Under the pieces are notes generated by a model, which saw nothing but the letters and a program-made list of their open reading frames with translations, did not search any database and was not told where the DNA came from. The position numbers were made by a program, and so were the translations under genes. Below are positions 1-9,923 of a DNA stretch of 64,000 nt, in pieces. This stretch comes from an uncultured virus (IMG/VR IMGVR_UViG_3300042387_001477) (lineage: Duplodnaviria > Heunggongvirae > Uroviricota > Caudoviricetes): the IMG/VR virus record IMGVR_UViG_3300042387_001477; one strand, given 5' to 3'. Positions within the stretch are counted from its first letter, which is position 1; every line of letters begins with the position of its first letter.

Positions 1-2628
1 CGGTGGAGTTGTGCCTCCTAATGTAGATGTCATTGGTTGAGATCTTGATTCTGTAATAGTTTTATTTGGCTCGCCTAGAGTTATTACATTACCACCAGCT
101 TTAGTTTGCTGTTTAGCTTGAGCCTGAACTTTTAGATTTTCTCTCTGAACTCTCTGTAGATTTTGGGAGTTTCCAGAAACTGCAGTTGTTATTTTAGGAG
201 TCTGCGGAGTGGTAACTTCTGGGACTGTAGTGGGTGCAGGACCATTTAACATCTGGAATAGTTTGCCCAACTGCTCAGCAGCTTTGGCTCCCATCTCAGC
301 AGTAAATGTTGGTGTAGATTCTGTGGAATCATCAGGAGAGTCTGTATTAGTTCTGGATGATGTTTTTCCACTTACAGATGGAATAGCTTTGCCAGAGGAC
401 CAACTAATTGGATCTATCTTTCCACCAATAGTTCCATTCCAAGAACTACCAATTTCCCAATGTAAATGTGGTCCACTACTTCTTCCTCCTCCATGTCGAT
501 GCCCACTTAATGCAACTTGTTCACCCGCTTTAATTTGTTCACCTTGCTTTTTAGAATAATCACTTACATGTCCAAACAGAGAATAAACTCCATTGGAACT
601 TTTTAATACCATGAAATTTCCCCACCCATCAGGATTCTTTCCGGTTTCTTTCACCATTCCATCGAAAGGTGCAAGTAGCGGAGTTCCTACTGGCATTGGA
701 ATATCTGTTCCGCCATGTCGTGAACTCATTCCTCTGCCTAACGATACACCAGAAGAATCTTCTGGTACAGGAGCCCATCCACCACCAAGCTTTAAAAACT
801 TTTTAGTTGAAACATTTGGACCACCACTACCAAATCTTGGATACATTCCATAGTTAATAGCATCTAATACTTTTGGACCACCCATTCCCTTGACAGCATT
901 TCGATTCAGGACATACTCTTGAGGTTCTAACAATGCAGGAATTTTATCTCCACCGCCTTGCCCAGGAACACCACCCTCTCCTTGAGTTGGATACGTGAAT
1001 ATGGAACTCGGCTTAGTAGCTGGAGGAGTGCTCCCTGAAGTGCCACTAGAAGGGGTTCCAGATGGGGCTGGTGGGGTGGAAGGGGGTGGAGGAGGCGTGG
1101 TTCCAGGTGTGGTGGCAGCTTTCTTTTGCTTGCTGATCAGAGCACCAAGAATGTTTCCAAGTAATCCTTTAACTGAAGTATCATTGGTTGGAGAAAACTC
1201 TTCTCCTTTCTGCTGACGTATATTGACTTCATTCTTCCCAAATAATTCAGCTACATTGCCAAGTCCTCCAGAAATTGCAGATGTAACACCACCTACAAAA
1301 TTACTCATTCCCGCAACCAATCCTGCAGGCAAACCAAAGCTAGATGCAATATTAGAAATCAGTGGAAGTATAAATTGTCCTACACCAGGAATTTTAGATA
1401 CTGCAGATGAAATTAATGCTACGATTCCTGCACCAACAATATTAAATGGTAAAGTCAATAGCTTCATGAATTTAGGAATCATCTTATTGGTAGATGCCTT
1501 GAAGCCATCAATACCAAATGATCCCAATTTATCCAGTGGAAGAATTGCTTCTGGTCCTGCCTCACCAACAATCGCTTCAGTTGGTTTAGTTACGATACCA
1601 CCCTTAGCTAACTTAGGAAGAGACTCTTGAGTTTTAGGTCCACTGAATAATGATTTAATAGAACCACCAATCTTGGCTCCAATATTCGCAGCAACATCCA
1701 TCCCTGGGAACAGAGTCTTCAGGATGTTCTTTCCAATATTAGAAAGTGATTCTTTTGCCTTTTCTCCTAGATCTTTTTTACCAGTATCAGATTCTGTTGA
1801 TGGAGTCTGTGGTTCTGCTGGTTTCTTTGCTTCTACTGCTTGATCAGCCTGACCTTCTAGTTCTTTCTGGCTACCAAATAGTCCTTGGGTTAAAACTGAT
1901 TCCAGGAAATTTGGAATCAAATCAGTCATGAATTTTACTGCTAATGTAATTGCATTTGGAATACTTGCAATAACAGAAGTAGCATTTTCAATGGTGGATA
2001 ATAGCCATTCTACTCCACCGCCCAGCCAACTAAAGCTGAAAAATTCTGCTACCTTTCCTATGAAATCAAAGACTCCATTGATTACTTTAGAAGTAACCGT
2101 AAGAGTTTTCATTAATACATCAACACCAAAGTTGGTGACTGCACTAATGAATTTAAATAACGTTATGAATAGATTGGCAAAGTCTTGAATTTTGCTTATG
2201 TTTTCTTTTTTGGATGCCCACTCAAGAACTTTATACCCAACGAAAAACTTCAGAAGATTTTTGAAGAATCCTCCGATCATTGATAGATCAGACTTTGCTT
2301 TTTCTAAAACAGGGTTCTTTTCTTTATCCTTTCCTAGTTTCTTTTTCTTTTCTTGCTCAGACTCTTCTTGCTTTAATTTATTTCTTTCGTCTTCTTTAGC
2401 AAAATGTAGAATCCTATCCCCTAAAAATTGATAATATCTTTTCTCTAATGCTAATAATCCACCAAGGATTTTTCTGACCTGGCCGAATTCTTCTACTTCT
2501 TTCTTTGTAATATTTGCGCCAGACACTCTCCCTCCAGTAATCGCAGATGGATTTACTGGAGATAGTCTTCTAGATCTGAGTGACTCAGAAAATGATCTAA
2601 ATGATGTCTGAGTTTGTCTGGCTGGCAT
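1..2628 (-). CDS. Tape-measure-like / baseplate hub protein with M23 peptidase domain (3' end runs off the window)
   Basis: Absent from the ORF track because there is no stop in the window. Read manually from ATG at 2628: MPARQTQTSFRSFSESL..., amphipathic helical region, 'PKLAKGGIVTKPTEAIVGEAGPEAILPL' motif, then M23 motifs HGGTD and GPHLHWEI at about 410-720. Confidence 0.75.
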   Translation of the reverse strand, partial: MPARQTQTSFRSFSESLRSRRLSPVNPSAITGGRVSGANITKKEVEEFGQVRKILGGLLALEKRYYQFLGDRILHFAKEDERNKLKQEESEQEKKKKLGKDKEKNPVLEKAKSDLSMIGGFFKNLLKFFVGYKVLEWASKKENISKIQDFANLFITLFKFISAVTNFGVDVLMKTLTVTSKVINGVFDFIGKVAEFFSFSWLGGGVEWLLSTIENATSVIASIPNAITLAVKFMTDLIPNFLESVLTQGLFGSQKELEGQADQAVEAKKPAEPQTPSTESDTGKKDLGEKAKESLSNIGKNILKTLFPGMDVAANIGAKIGGSIKSLFSGPKTQESLPKLAKGGIVTKPTEAIVGEAGPEAILPLDKLGSFGIDGFKASTNKMIPKFMKLLTLPFNIVGAGIVALISSAVSKIPGVGQFILPLISNIASSFGLPAGLVAGMSNFVGGVTSAISGGLGNVAELFGKNEVNIRQQKGEEFSPTNDTSVKGLLGNILGALISKQKKAATTPGTTPPPPPSTPPAPSGTPSSGTSGSTPPATKPSSIFTYPTQGEGGVPGQGGGDKIPALLEPQEYVLNRNAVKGMGGPKVLDAINYGMYPRFGSGGPNVSTKKFLKLGGGWAPVPEDSSGVSLGRGMSSRHGGTDIPMPVGTPLLAPFDGMVKETGKNPDGWGNFMVLKSSNGVYSLFGHVSDYSKKQGEQIKAGEQVALSGHRHGGGRSSGPHLHWEIGSSWNGTIGGKIDPISWSSGKAIPSVSGKTSSRTNTDSPDDSTESTPTFTAEMGAKAAEQLGKLFQMLNGPAPTTVPEVTTPQTPKITTAVSGNSQNLQRVQRENLKVQAQAKQQTKAGGNVITLGEPNKTITESRSQPMTSTLGGTTPP

Positions 2629-2632
2629 TTAA

Positions 2633-2821
2633 CTACAACGATGTTGTTGTTCTGTTTCTATTATTTTCCTCTTCAATATAGTCAACTAACATCTGAACAT
2701 AAATTTCTCTTTCCCATGGTAACATACATTCAATTTCGGAAAGAGACCACTTATGATGTTGAAGTAATATAAAATTAATTCTAAAGTAATTTTCTAGCGA
2801 TTCGTGCGCTAGGGCTATGCG
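2633..2821 (-). CDS. gp51-like baseplate hub assembly segment with no start codon of its own; probable -1 frameshift extension of gp26
   Basis: Manual translation RIALAHESLENYFRINFILLQHHKWSLSEIECMLPWEREIYVQMLVDYIEEENNRNRTTTSL*; resembles cyanophage gp51-like proteins (PWERxIY motif). Confidence 0.75.
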   Translation of the reverse strand, partial: RIALAHESLENYFRINFILLQHHKWSLSEIECMLPWEREIYVQMLVDYIEEENNRNRTTTSL

Positions 2822-3525
2822 AAAAAAGCTGCAAGACCTTCTAGTACCACATCACTTTCTACATTTGTTACTGGGTTAGTAACCTTAACTGTATGAGATA
2901 GCTTTGGCATAGTCTCAAAGAATTTTTGAATCAGTAAAAACTGTGCAGTATCTAAGCTATCAAGGAAATCGTTAATTTCTTTTTTAGAGAAACTCTTGGT
3001 TTCATAAACATCTTCCCCTTCTACAACTTGTTCAATGCAAGATGCAGCAATCTCAAATACGTCTTCAGTTTTTACACTAGCTGTAAAGTTTGACTTAACA
3101 AACATTTCCATACTAGGGTATTTCATTACAACAGAAATAGTATCATTCAATGAAATAATTCTAGAATGATCTTCAGACTTTTGAATCTGAATATCCTCAA
3201 CATTAATCTCTAGTGGAACTGTAGTTTCCCCATCATCTGGGCAAGTGATGTTGAGTTCGATTTGTTCTCCCACAGACTTAGCACGAATATTGAGGAACAA
3301 ATATTCGATATCAAATACTGCTAGGTCATCAACTTTAATTTTAGAGTTAATGCAATTTCTTAGGATGGTTTTCACTGCATTAATCATCTGAGATTCATCT
3401 TCAGATTCCATCGCCATCAGAAGAACTTTTTCTTCTTTTACTAGAAATGGTCTATATTTAATTAATTGATCAGTTGATGGTAAACGCAATTCATACGTCG
3501 GAGTTACAATTTTAGGTAAAGGCAT
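2815..3525 (-). CDS. gp26: Baseplate hub assembly protein gp26
   Basis: MPLPKIVTPTYELRLPS...YRPFLVKEEK, YLFLNIRAKSVGE, CPDD, FFETMPKL, C-terminal EGLAAFF. Confidence 0.9.
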   Translation of the reverse strand: MPLPKIVTPTYELRLPSTDQLIKYRPFLVKEEKVLLMAMESEDESQMINAVKTILRNCINSKIKVDDLAVFDIEYLFLNIRAKSVGEQIELNITCPDDGETTVPLEINVEDIQIQKSEDHSRIISLNDTISVVMKYPSMEMFVKSNFTASVKTEDVFEIAASCIEQVVEGEDVYETKSFSKKEINDFLDSLDTAQFLLIQKFFETMPKLSHTVKVTNPVTNVESDVVLEGLAAFFA

Positions 3526-3560
3526 AGTGTATACTATAACATAATCTCAATTTATTTAGG

Positions 3561-4394
3561 TTAGTTAGTTATCTGTAACCAGTTTGATGCTTCCAGAACA
3601 CTTCCACCTGCAGTTTGAGATGATGGCACTGCAAGTTCATATTCAAATGTTACCTGCACTCTAACTAACTGAGAAGATCCACTGGACAATGGAATTGAAG
3701 AGATAGTGGTAGGAAAACAATTCCTCAGCCTAACTGAATATGTGTAAAATGGTTTTCCAAATCCAGGAAGAAGTGGTCCATTATAATCTGGTATAATTTG
3801 TTTGTTATCATAGAAGTTACGTTGTGAATCAATATTAGTAACTCGTGGTCTAGTATTTTTCTTACTGCTTCTATGTCTTTCCAATTTAGCCACAACAATA
3901 TCTGTTACATAATCATCACGATATCTAGTTCTTCCAAGATCTATTTTAGTAGTAAAATTCAAATTAGTATTTGATACAACTCCTCCTGCCAATGAAACAC
4001 TACCGTAAATATAATTACCCCAGGCATCAAATATTCTTCTGATCTCAGCATCTGCATCTAAAATAAATGATATTGTGATTTCATTGTTTACTATACCGTA
4101 TGCATATTTCATTGATGGAGTATTGGTTATTCTATAATCTCCAGTTGAAATTGAGTATCCAGGAATAGAACATTCATCCGCATACAATCTTAAAAGTCCT
4201 TCCATAAAAGACGCACTGGTATTATTTGGATTACCAGACATCCCAAGATTAAATATATTTTTTAATAGTTGAGAGTTACTAGAATCATTACTAAGATAAA
4301 ATTGCACATCATAAAAGTTACTTAATGAAAAGCCATGCTTTTGTACAAAACCTTTGAACTCTTTAAAATTTGTAGGAGTAGTATTGATGCTCAT
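3561..4394 (-). CDS. Tail tube initiator / tube-fold protein (gp54/gp19-like)
   Basis: SIPG, ITISF, FDAW, 'NCFPTTISSIPLS...VQVTFEY' tube-fold motifs; position between gp26 and gp2. Confidence 0.7.
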   Translation of the reverse strand: MSINTTPTNFKEFKGFVQKHGFSLSNFYDVQFYLSNDSSNSQLLKNIFNLGMSGNPNNTSASFMEGLLRLYADECSIPGYSISTGDYRITNTPSMKYAYGIVNNEITISFILDADAEIRRIFDAWGNYIYGSVSLAGGVVSNTNLNFTTKIDLGRTRYRDDYVTDIVVAKLERHRSSKKNTRPRVTNIDSQRNFYDNKQIIPDYNGPLLPGFGKPFYTYSVRLRNCFPTTISSIPLSSGSSQLVRVQVTFEYELAVPSSQTAGGSVLEASNWLQITN

Positions 4395-4954
4395 TTACGG
4401 CTGTCTCCCCAGACAAAGGATTTACTAACTTGCTTATATGAACCTGCTTGTCTACTTACAAAACTTTCAAGTGGTAGAAAAATAGATTTCATCCAGTCGT
4501 CACTATTTATTTTAAATAGTGGTGTATCAAGACCTTCATAAACATAATTATGAAAGCACTGCTTAGGAATTGTTGGTCGTCCATCTATAATACTCTGTAG
4601 AACTTTATAACGTGTTGGATAATTTAAATAGTGAAGATTAGCTCCAAAAAATTTCCTCCCACCCTGTAACATGTACACTAAAGGAAACTCATCATAATAT
4701 GGAAGTTTTCTAGCCCAAGTTGCTTTATACTCAAACAAATACAGATTTCCCCCAGAAGGAATGAGAGTTTCATCAAGCGTAACTAATGTTTTGTAAATAT
4801 CATTCTTTCTAGCAACTTCAGCAACAGTATCTTTATACCAACTATATGATAGGACATGAAATCCTTTTCGTTTTTTATTTGCTATTTCATCTACCTGTTC
4901 AAATATATTAAGTGGTGACGTATTTTTTGTTCTAGCTGATACTTCTCTTCTCAT
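4391..4954 (-). CDS. gp2: DNA end protector protein gp2-like
   Basis: LYLFEYKA...LPYYDEFPLV...FFGANLHYL motif; synteny with gp4. Confidence 0.8.
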   Translation of the reverse strand: MRREVSARTKNTSPLNIFEQVDEIANKKRKGFHVLSYSWYKDTVAEVARKNDIYKTLVTLDETLIPSGGNLYLFEYKATWARKLPYYDEFPLVYMLQGGRKFFGANLHYLNYPTRYKVLQSIIDGRPTIPKQCFHNYVYEGLDTPLFKINSDDWMKSIFLPLESFVSRQAGSYKQVSKSFVWGDSRK

Positions 4955-5388
4955 ACCTTTAGCTCCGATTCCGTGAGAATTTTAAATTTCCACATTCTAT
5001 CATCACAGAATTCTTTGGCAGCTTTCCACTTAGCTTGATTCTTAACGTATTCAGTCACTTCATAGATATAACTTTTAGTTTGTCTTTGAGGTTTCTTTGG
5101 TGGAACTGTTTGTTTACTGGGTTTTATTTCAATCAAATACTTAGTGATAGTGCCATCAGCTTCTTGAATTTTAGCATAAAAATCAACAAAGTATCTATGA
5201 ATTTTATTATCTAATGGAGATCTATATGGAATAACACATTCTTCTGATGCCCATTCTAATACATTAGATCTAGTATCACAGTACTTCATAAACTTTAATT
5301 CCCAGGAAGACCTATAAATTATATTCCTATAGTCTCCTTTATATTTGCGAATATTCGTTGGGGTAAATTTTCCCTTTAGAGTATTCAT
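4951..5388 (-). CDS. gp4: Head completion nuclease gp4
   Basis: KYKGD..NIIYRSSWELKFM, HRYFVDF, IEIKP, NQAKWKAA, FKILTE. Confidence 0.92.
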   Translation of the reverse strand: MNTLKGKFTPTNIRKYKGDYRNIIYRSSWELKFMKYCDTRSNVLEWASEECVIPYRSPLDNKIHRYFVDFYAKIQEADGTITKYLIEIKPSKQTVPPKKPQRQTKSYIYEVTEYVKNQAKWKAAKEFCDDRMWKFKILTESELKV

Positions 5389-5424
5389 AAATACTTATTA
5401 TAAAAGGCTTATCATAAAATATTT

Positions 5425-6411
5425 ATGGCCGTTACAGTAAATAAAGGATATACCCAAAACATACTCAATAGAGATGATTTATATTGGCCTGATAAAAATG
5501 AAATGTTTGATATGCTTCAAATTAATGTAATGGAATACGTACCTATTGCAAGTGCAAAAGATGCTAGTGGAAGTGCTACATTACAATTTATTACTGATAT
5601 TCAAAGTGGCGATACAGTACAAACTGGTAGGTGGCAAGCAGTAAATAGTACACTAGGATCTAGACCAAGAAATAAAAAATTAGCAAAAATTTTACTACCA
5701 GTTCCCAATGATATTAATTACAATGATCAGTTATCTTGGTCGGCAGAAAATATTGGAATGCTAGGTAAAATGCTACCTATATTAGCTGGCGCCGCAATAA
5801 ATGACCCAGGAAACATTGGAACATTGATTAGTAAAATGGCGGGTGCAGGAACTCCAGAATTTATTTTGAAAGCAATTTCAAATATTCCAGGAGCCCCACC
5901 TGCAGAAGCATTAACAAGTGGTATTGGAGGAAAGGTATTAAATCCTTATGTTGAGCAAATATTCAAAGGAATTGCAATGAGAGAATTCAGCTTTTCCTGG
6001 AAGTTAGTTCCTAGAAATGCATCTGAACAAAATAGAATTCATAACATTATTAAAACTCTCAGATATTATTCATTGCCAAATTATAGTGGAACTGGACCAG
6101 TTCAAGATGCACTAAATTCTCCAATTCAAGTAATAAGTAAATTAGAAGATAGATGGCTAACTGTCCCAAACATATTTGATTTAACCTGGAAGCAAGCTGG
6201 AACTGAAACAGCAATTCAATCACTCCCAAAAATTAAACCATGTGTTCTAAAGAACATTCAGGTTAATTATACTCCAGACAATGTATGGGCTACTCATATC
6301 AATACTGCCGGCAACGCATTGAGTGGACCAGCTCCAGTTGCGTATGAAGTTACAATGTCATTTGCAGAAACAGAAATCGTTACAGCAGATAATGTTCTTC
6401 AAGGAAATTAA
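5425..6411 (+). CDS. gp48: Baseplate tail tube cap gp48
   Basis: NPYVEQIFKG..MREFSFSWKLVPRNASE; KIKPCVLKNIQVNYTPD; MSFAETE. Confidence 0.85.
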   Translation: MAVTVNKGYTQNILNRDDLYWPDKNEMFDMLQINVMEYVPIASAKDASGSATLQFITDIQSGDTVQTGRWQAVNSTLGSRPRNKKLAKILLPVPNDINYNDQLSWSAENIGMLGKMLPILAGAAINDPGNIGTLISKMAGAGTPEFILKAISNIPGAPPAEALTSGIGGKVLNPYVEQIFKGIAMREFSFSWKLVPRNASEQNRIHNIIKTLRYYSLPNYSGTGPVQDALNSPIQVISKLEDRWLTVPNIFDLTWKQAGTETAIQSLPKIKPCVLKNIQVNYTPDNVWATHINTAGNALSGPAPVAYEVTMSFAETEIVTADNVLQGN

Positions 6412-6423
6412 TGGAGAGTACCA

Positions 6424-7077
6424 ATGTTTTTTAACTCACAACCAAATTTTTATTATCCATACAAAGGTGGGTTAAAGTTATCTAAAAATCTGTTTCGTAG
6501 AGTTAGATTTAGAGATAACCTAAACGCTTTATATGTGGCATCTACTCGATACACAATCCAACAAGGTGAGACTCCAGAGCAAGTATCAAATAAACAATAT
6601 GGATCTCCTGATTGGTACTGGACCATTCTAATCCTTAATAACATTATTGATGTGAATAATGATTGGCCAGTGTCAGATTACGAATTAGATTTAGCTATAG
6701 AAAAGAAGTACGGTAATAATCAAGACAAAATTAAATTTTGGGAAACTAAAGAATTATATGAAGGAAATAATCTTGTTTTACAAGGTGGAATCATTATTGA
6801 ATATAATGAAGGAAGATCCACACAAGAAGTAGTTGGCTATTATCCATCATATACATTCACTACTTCAACTGGCTCATTGAAATCCGGATCTCAAGTAATG
6901 ACTCCAATTACCAATAGAGAGTTTGAATATAGAGAGAATGAAAATAAAAAGGAAATATTTTTAATTAGACCACAATTCTTAACCACGATGGAAGAAGAGA
7001 TTGCATCTCTGTTTGCATATGATACTGAATACAAGATTGATTCTGCTGGTATTAGATTTCCCGAAACTTCTATATAA
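6424..7077 (+). CDS. gp53: Baseplate wedge protein gp53
   Basis: KNLFRRV, LysM-like YTIQQGETPEQVS..YGSPDWYWTILILNNI, TNREFE..ENENKKEI. Confidence 0.88.
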   Translation: MFFNSQPNFYYPYKGGLKLSKNLFRRVRFRDNLNALYVASTRYTIQQGETPEQVSNKQYGSPDWYWTILILNNIIDVNNDWPVSDYELDLAIEKKYGNNQDKIKFWETKELYEGNNLVLQGGIIIEYNEGRSTQEVVGYYPSYTFTTSTGSLKSGSQVMTPITNREFEYRENENKKEIFLIRPQFLTTMEEEIASLFAYDTEYKIDSAGIRFPETSI

Positions 7078-7103
7078 AAAAAGGAGGCTTTAAGCCTCCT
7101 TTA
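7076..7103. terminator. Bidirectional intrinsic terminator between convergent gp53 and gp32
   Basis: aaaaaaaggaggc-tttaa-gcctccttt inverted repeat with A and T tails. Confidence 0.8.
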
Positions 7104-7109
7104 ATATTA

Positions 7110-8015
7110 TCAATCTTCTTCAGCTAGTCGAGCGAAGTAACTGAGGGTATCATCTTCATCATCATTGCTAGTAGAACGTGAAGCAAAGGATGGAGTAGAA
7201 GTAGAAGCAAAAGAAGCAACGGTTTCAATTACGTTCTGCTCTTCGTCTTCGTAAGTTTCACGATCAATTCGTTGAACTGGCTTTGAGTTTAGAACATCGT
7301 TTAAACGCTTAGCTAGTTCTTCATAAGTTTTGAAGTTATCATCTGCAGAGAATTGAGTTAGACTATGAGCCTTTGAATAAATTTGCTCTAGCTTAGCATC
7401 ATCAAAATCACCTAGAGTACCAGGAGTAGAAAACTCAGACTTGTCATAGTTCCAGTAACCTTCTACTTTGCGAAGCTTGATTTTGAAGTCTGCACCAGTC
7501 CAGAAGTCAAATGGATTGATAGCTTGCTCATCTGCAAATGCAGGTTGCATAGCTTCGGTGATCTTATCAAAGATCTTCTTGCCAAACTTGTAAAGGAATA
7601 CTTTACCTTCGTTTTCTGGGTGAGCAGGATCCTTTACGACATAGATATTAGTGTAATAGGTTAGCTTACGCTTTTGTTTGCGAGCAACTTCTTTATCTTT
7701 ATCACTACCAGTGTTCCAGAGCTGACGATTGAGATCACCTACAGGATCTTTTTTGTTGAGAGTAGTTAGAGAGTTTTCAATGTACCAGCCACCAGGACCT
7801 TGGAAAGCATGGCTCCATACCTTCGCCCAGGGTACGTCTTCACCTTCTGGAGCTGGGAGGAAACGAATGACAGCGTAGCCATTGCCTGACTTGTCCATCT
7901 CAGGCTTCCAGAACCTTTCGTCTGCACCACCTTCTGTGCTAGACATTTTTTCGATTTCTTGGGTTAGCTTATCAAATGAGTTGGATGAGTTACGCTTGAG
8001 TGTTGCAAAAGACAT
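7110..8015 (-). CDS. gp32: Single-stranded DNA binding protein gp32
   Basis: Start taken at MSFATLK; DERFWKPEMDKSGNGYAVIRFLP; acidic tail ending LSYFARLAEED. Confidence 0.95.
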   Translation of the reverse strand: MSFATLKRNSSNSFDKLTQEIEKMSSTEGGADERFWKPEMDKSGNGYAVIRFLPAPEGEDVPWAKVWSHAFQGPGGWYIENSLTTLNKKDPVGDLNRQLWNTGSDKDKEVARKQKRKLTYYTNIYVVKDPAHPENEGKVFLYKFGKKIFDKITEAMQPAFADEQAINPFDFWTGADFKIKLRKVEGYWNYDKSEFSTPGTLGDFDDAKLEQIYSKAHSLTQFSADDNFKTYEELAKRLNDVLNSKPVQRIDRETYEDEEQNVIETVASFASTSTPSFASRSTSNDDEDDTLSYFARLAEED

Positions 8016-8089
8016 GTGGATTCTCCGTATTAGTTGGATTAAATGGATTTGGCTCGTGTGCCCCAACCCATGAGAGTATGGTAGCAGAG

Positions 8090-8425
8090 TCAGAGAGATT
8101 TGTCAAGTGCCTCCTTGGCTCGGATGATGTCTTGCTTCATGTGGGTGAAGATTTGTGACACATCCACATCTGGGGGCACCCCAAGGAATGTAGCAGATGT
8201 CCTTAACATGTCAACGAACTCTTCAGCTTCTTCATCGCTAGAATACTTTGCTCTGAAATAAAGAAGCTCTTGAAGTTCTACAAGTCTGTTTAATTTATCC
8301 AGACATTCTCTACGAGTCTCTTGAGATTTTTCATGAGGACTATACATTATAAAAGAAATTTCTTTATATAATAAAGTCATTTCTTCTAATTCATCACGAA
8401 TTAATTCGTTTTCAAAAAAAGACAT
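8090..8425 (-). CDS. Conserved cyanophage protein (DUF1825-like)
   Basis: MSFFENELIRDELEEM...Q..LYFR...SDEEA pattern; sits between gp59 and gp32. Confidence 0.55.
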   Translation of the reverse strand: MSFFENELIRDELEEMTLLYKEISFIMYSPHEKSQETRRECLDKLNRLVELQELLYFRAKYSSDEEAEEFVDMLRTSATFLGVPPDVDVSQIFTHMKQDIIRAKEALDKSL

Positions 8426-9015
8426 CAGCTAGAAACCTTCGACAAAACTATCTGCTTATATTTAGGTTTATCTAGTGAAAGGAAAGGTTCGTATTTCAGT
8501 ACCTTCTTCTTGATATCTGGCCAAACTACAGGATCATTAATTGAAGTATCAAAGTCTTTAATGAAGTTTAATAATTGGTTAAGAATAACTAATGTTTCCA
8601 AGTTTATAGAACTTGAAAGGTATTGTTTTATAACTGGAGGATGTGTATTAGTTACCTTAAAGATATCTTCAAATGAATGTTCCTTCAATAAGATATCTAA
8701 ATCATTTGAAAAGACAAAGCTCATGCTCTGAATTTTCTTTAGCCAATTTAAATAGACTGAAGTGTTTTCTATCCTAGAAATATCTCCAATCCAAGTGTCT
8801 CTGTTTTGTACAAAGTGAGCTACAAAATATTGAATCAATTCATCTTGACTAAATTTTGTAGCCAACTTCTTAAAAAAGTATTTGTCTTTTCGTTTTTCAA
8901 ATGCCTCTAGTGAAGCTTTGGCTTTACCTGTACCACATTTAAAAAAATCAAAATTATCTTTACTAAAGTGTAGTTTTATTGCTAGATATGTTCGATAAAC
9001 ATCAAACCCATTCAT
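8425..9015 (-). CDS. gp59: Helicase loader gp59-like
   Basis: YRTYLAIKLHF..FDFFK, FEKRKDKYFFKKLA, INLETLVIL. Confidence 0.85.
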   Translation of the reverse strand: MNGFDVYRTYLAIKLHFSKDNFDFFKCGTGKAKASLEAFEKRKDKYFFKKLATKFSQDELIQYFVAHFVQNRDTWIGDISRIENTSVYLNWLKKIQSMSFVFSNDLDILLKEHSFEDIFKVTNTHPPVIKQYLSSSINLETLVILNQLLNFIKDFDTSINDPVVWPDIKKKVLKYEPFLSLDKPKYKQIVLSKVSS

Positions 9016-9275
9016 AAAGGAAGTCTGGCACGAGAAGTTCGTTTCATAAAGTTCATACGTTGAGCATCAACTTTAATTTTTTCTTTAAGTGGTTTAGAAA
9101 TTAATTTTGAAACATTTCCTAGTTCAATGTCATTCTCTTCGCAGTAAACTAATACTGCATCAATATAATTGAGACCGCCCTGATTTGACCGGACGATCTC
9201 TTCCACTTCCATGGAAAATTTAGATGCTGTCATAAATTTGTCTTCAAATAATTCATTAAGTTCGTTGTTCTTCAT
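9012..9275 (-). CDS. gp33: Late transcription coactivator gp33
   Basis: FSMEVE..YIDAVLVYCEENDIE..KLISKPLKEKI..RARLPL. Confidence 0.9.
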   Translation of the reverse strand: MKNNELNELFEDKFMTASKFSMEVEEIVRSNQGGLNYIDAVLVYCEENDIELGNVSKLISKPLKEKIKVDAQRMNFMKRTSRARLPL

Positions 9276-9921
9276 AGGCTCTGATGTATTCCATTAGTAC
9301 TTTCATGTATTTCATGATATCGTACTCCTGGAAGACTTGGATTTCTCCATCCTCACAGGCGATTAAAGTTACAAGTTTTTTTACTTTGATACCAGTACGT
9401 TCATAATACATCATTGCATATGCACACTCTTGTGCAATATAGTTTTCAATCCACTCTCTCTTTTTTGGTTCAGTAGAAGACTTGAAATCTATAATTGCTA
9501 GCTCGTTTTCATATTCTGCAATGCAGTCAACTCGTCCAGCAAGTTTTAGTTTATCACTGTATAGTGCTCCTTCCAAGACATGAATGTTGTTAATTCTATC
9601 TAGGAAAGGTTTTAAATGTTTAAACATGAATAGAGGCAGTACTTTATCTTTGTACTTCTCTTCATTGAACATATTATTTAGGTAGTCTTCATTCATTAGG
9701 TGAAGATTTGTACCTCTAGATGCTGCTCTGGAAGAAATACGATTAGCCTCTGCTTCCCCTACCCTTTTCCTCCATTGTAGAATTGACTTCTTTGAAGTGG
9801 TACCAATAACAGTAGTAACGGAAGGATACTTATTTCCATCTGGAGTTAAGTATAGCCTCCCGCTATCTGTAGTTATAGCTTGTAAATCAATCAGAGGTTC
9901 ATTATTTAAATGTACAAACAC
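9256..9921 (-). CDS. PD-(D/E)XK exonuclease
   Basis: YPSVTTV, RGTNLH, AGRVDCIAE..IIDFKSS, Q..AYA. Confidence 0.85.
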   Translation of the reverse strand: MFVHLNNEPLIDLQAITTDSGRLYLTPDGNKYPSVTTVIGTTSKKSILQWRKRVGEAEANRISSRAASRGTNLHLMNEDYLNNMFNEEKYKDKVLPLFMFKHLKPFLDRINNIHVLEGALYSDKLKLAGRVDCIAEYENELAIIDFKSSTEPKKREWIENYIAQECAYAMMYYERTGIKVKKLVTLIACEDGEIQVFQEYDIMKYMKVLMEYIRAYEEQRT

Positions 9922-9923
9922 TA

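Noticed and set aside
209..2431. Seven plus-strand ORFs in the track
   Set aside because: They are antisense shadows of the long minus-strand gene 1-2628, which the track omitted because it has no stop in the window.
9256..9921. Possible Cas4 or CRISPR association
   Set aside because: No Fe-S cysteine cluster, no other cas genes and no repeat-spacer array seen; it is the usual cyanophage exonuclease beside phoH.
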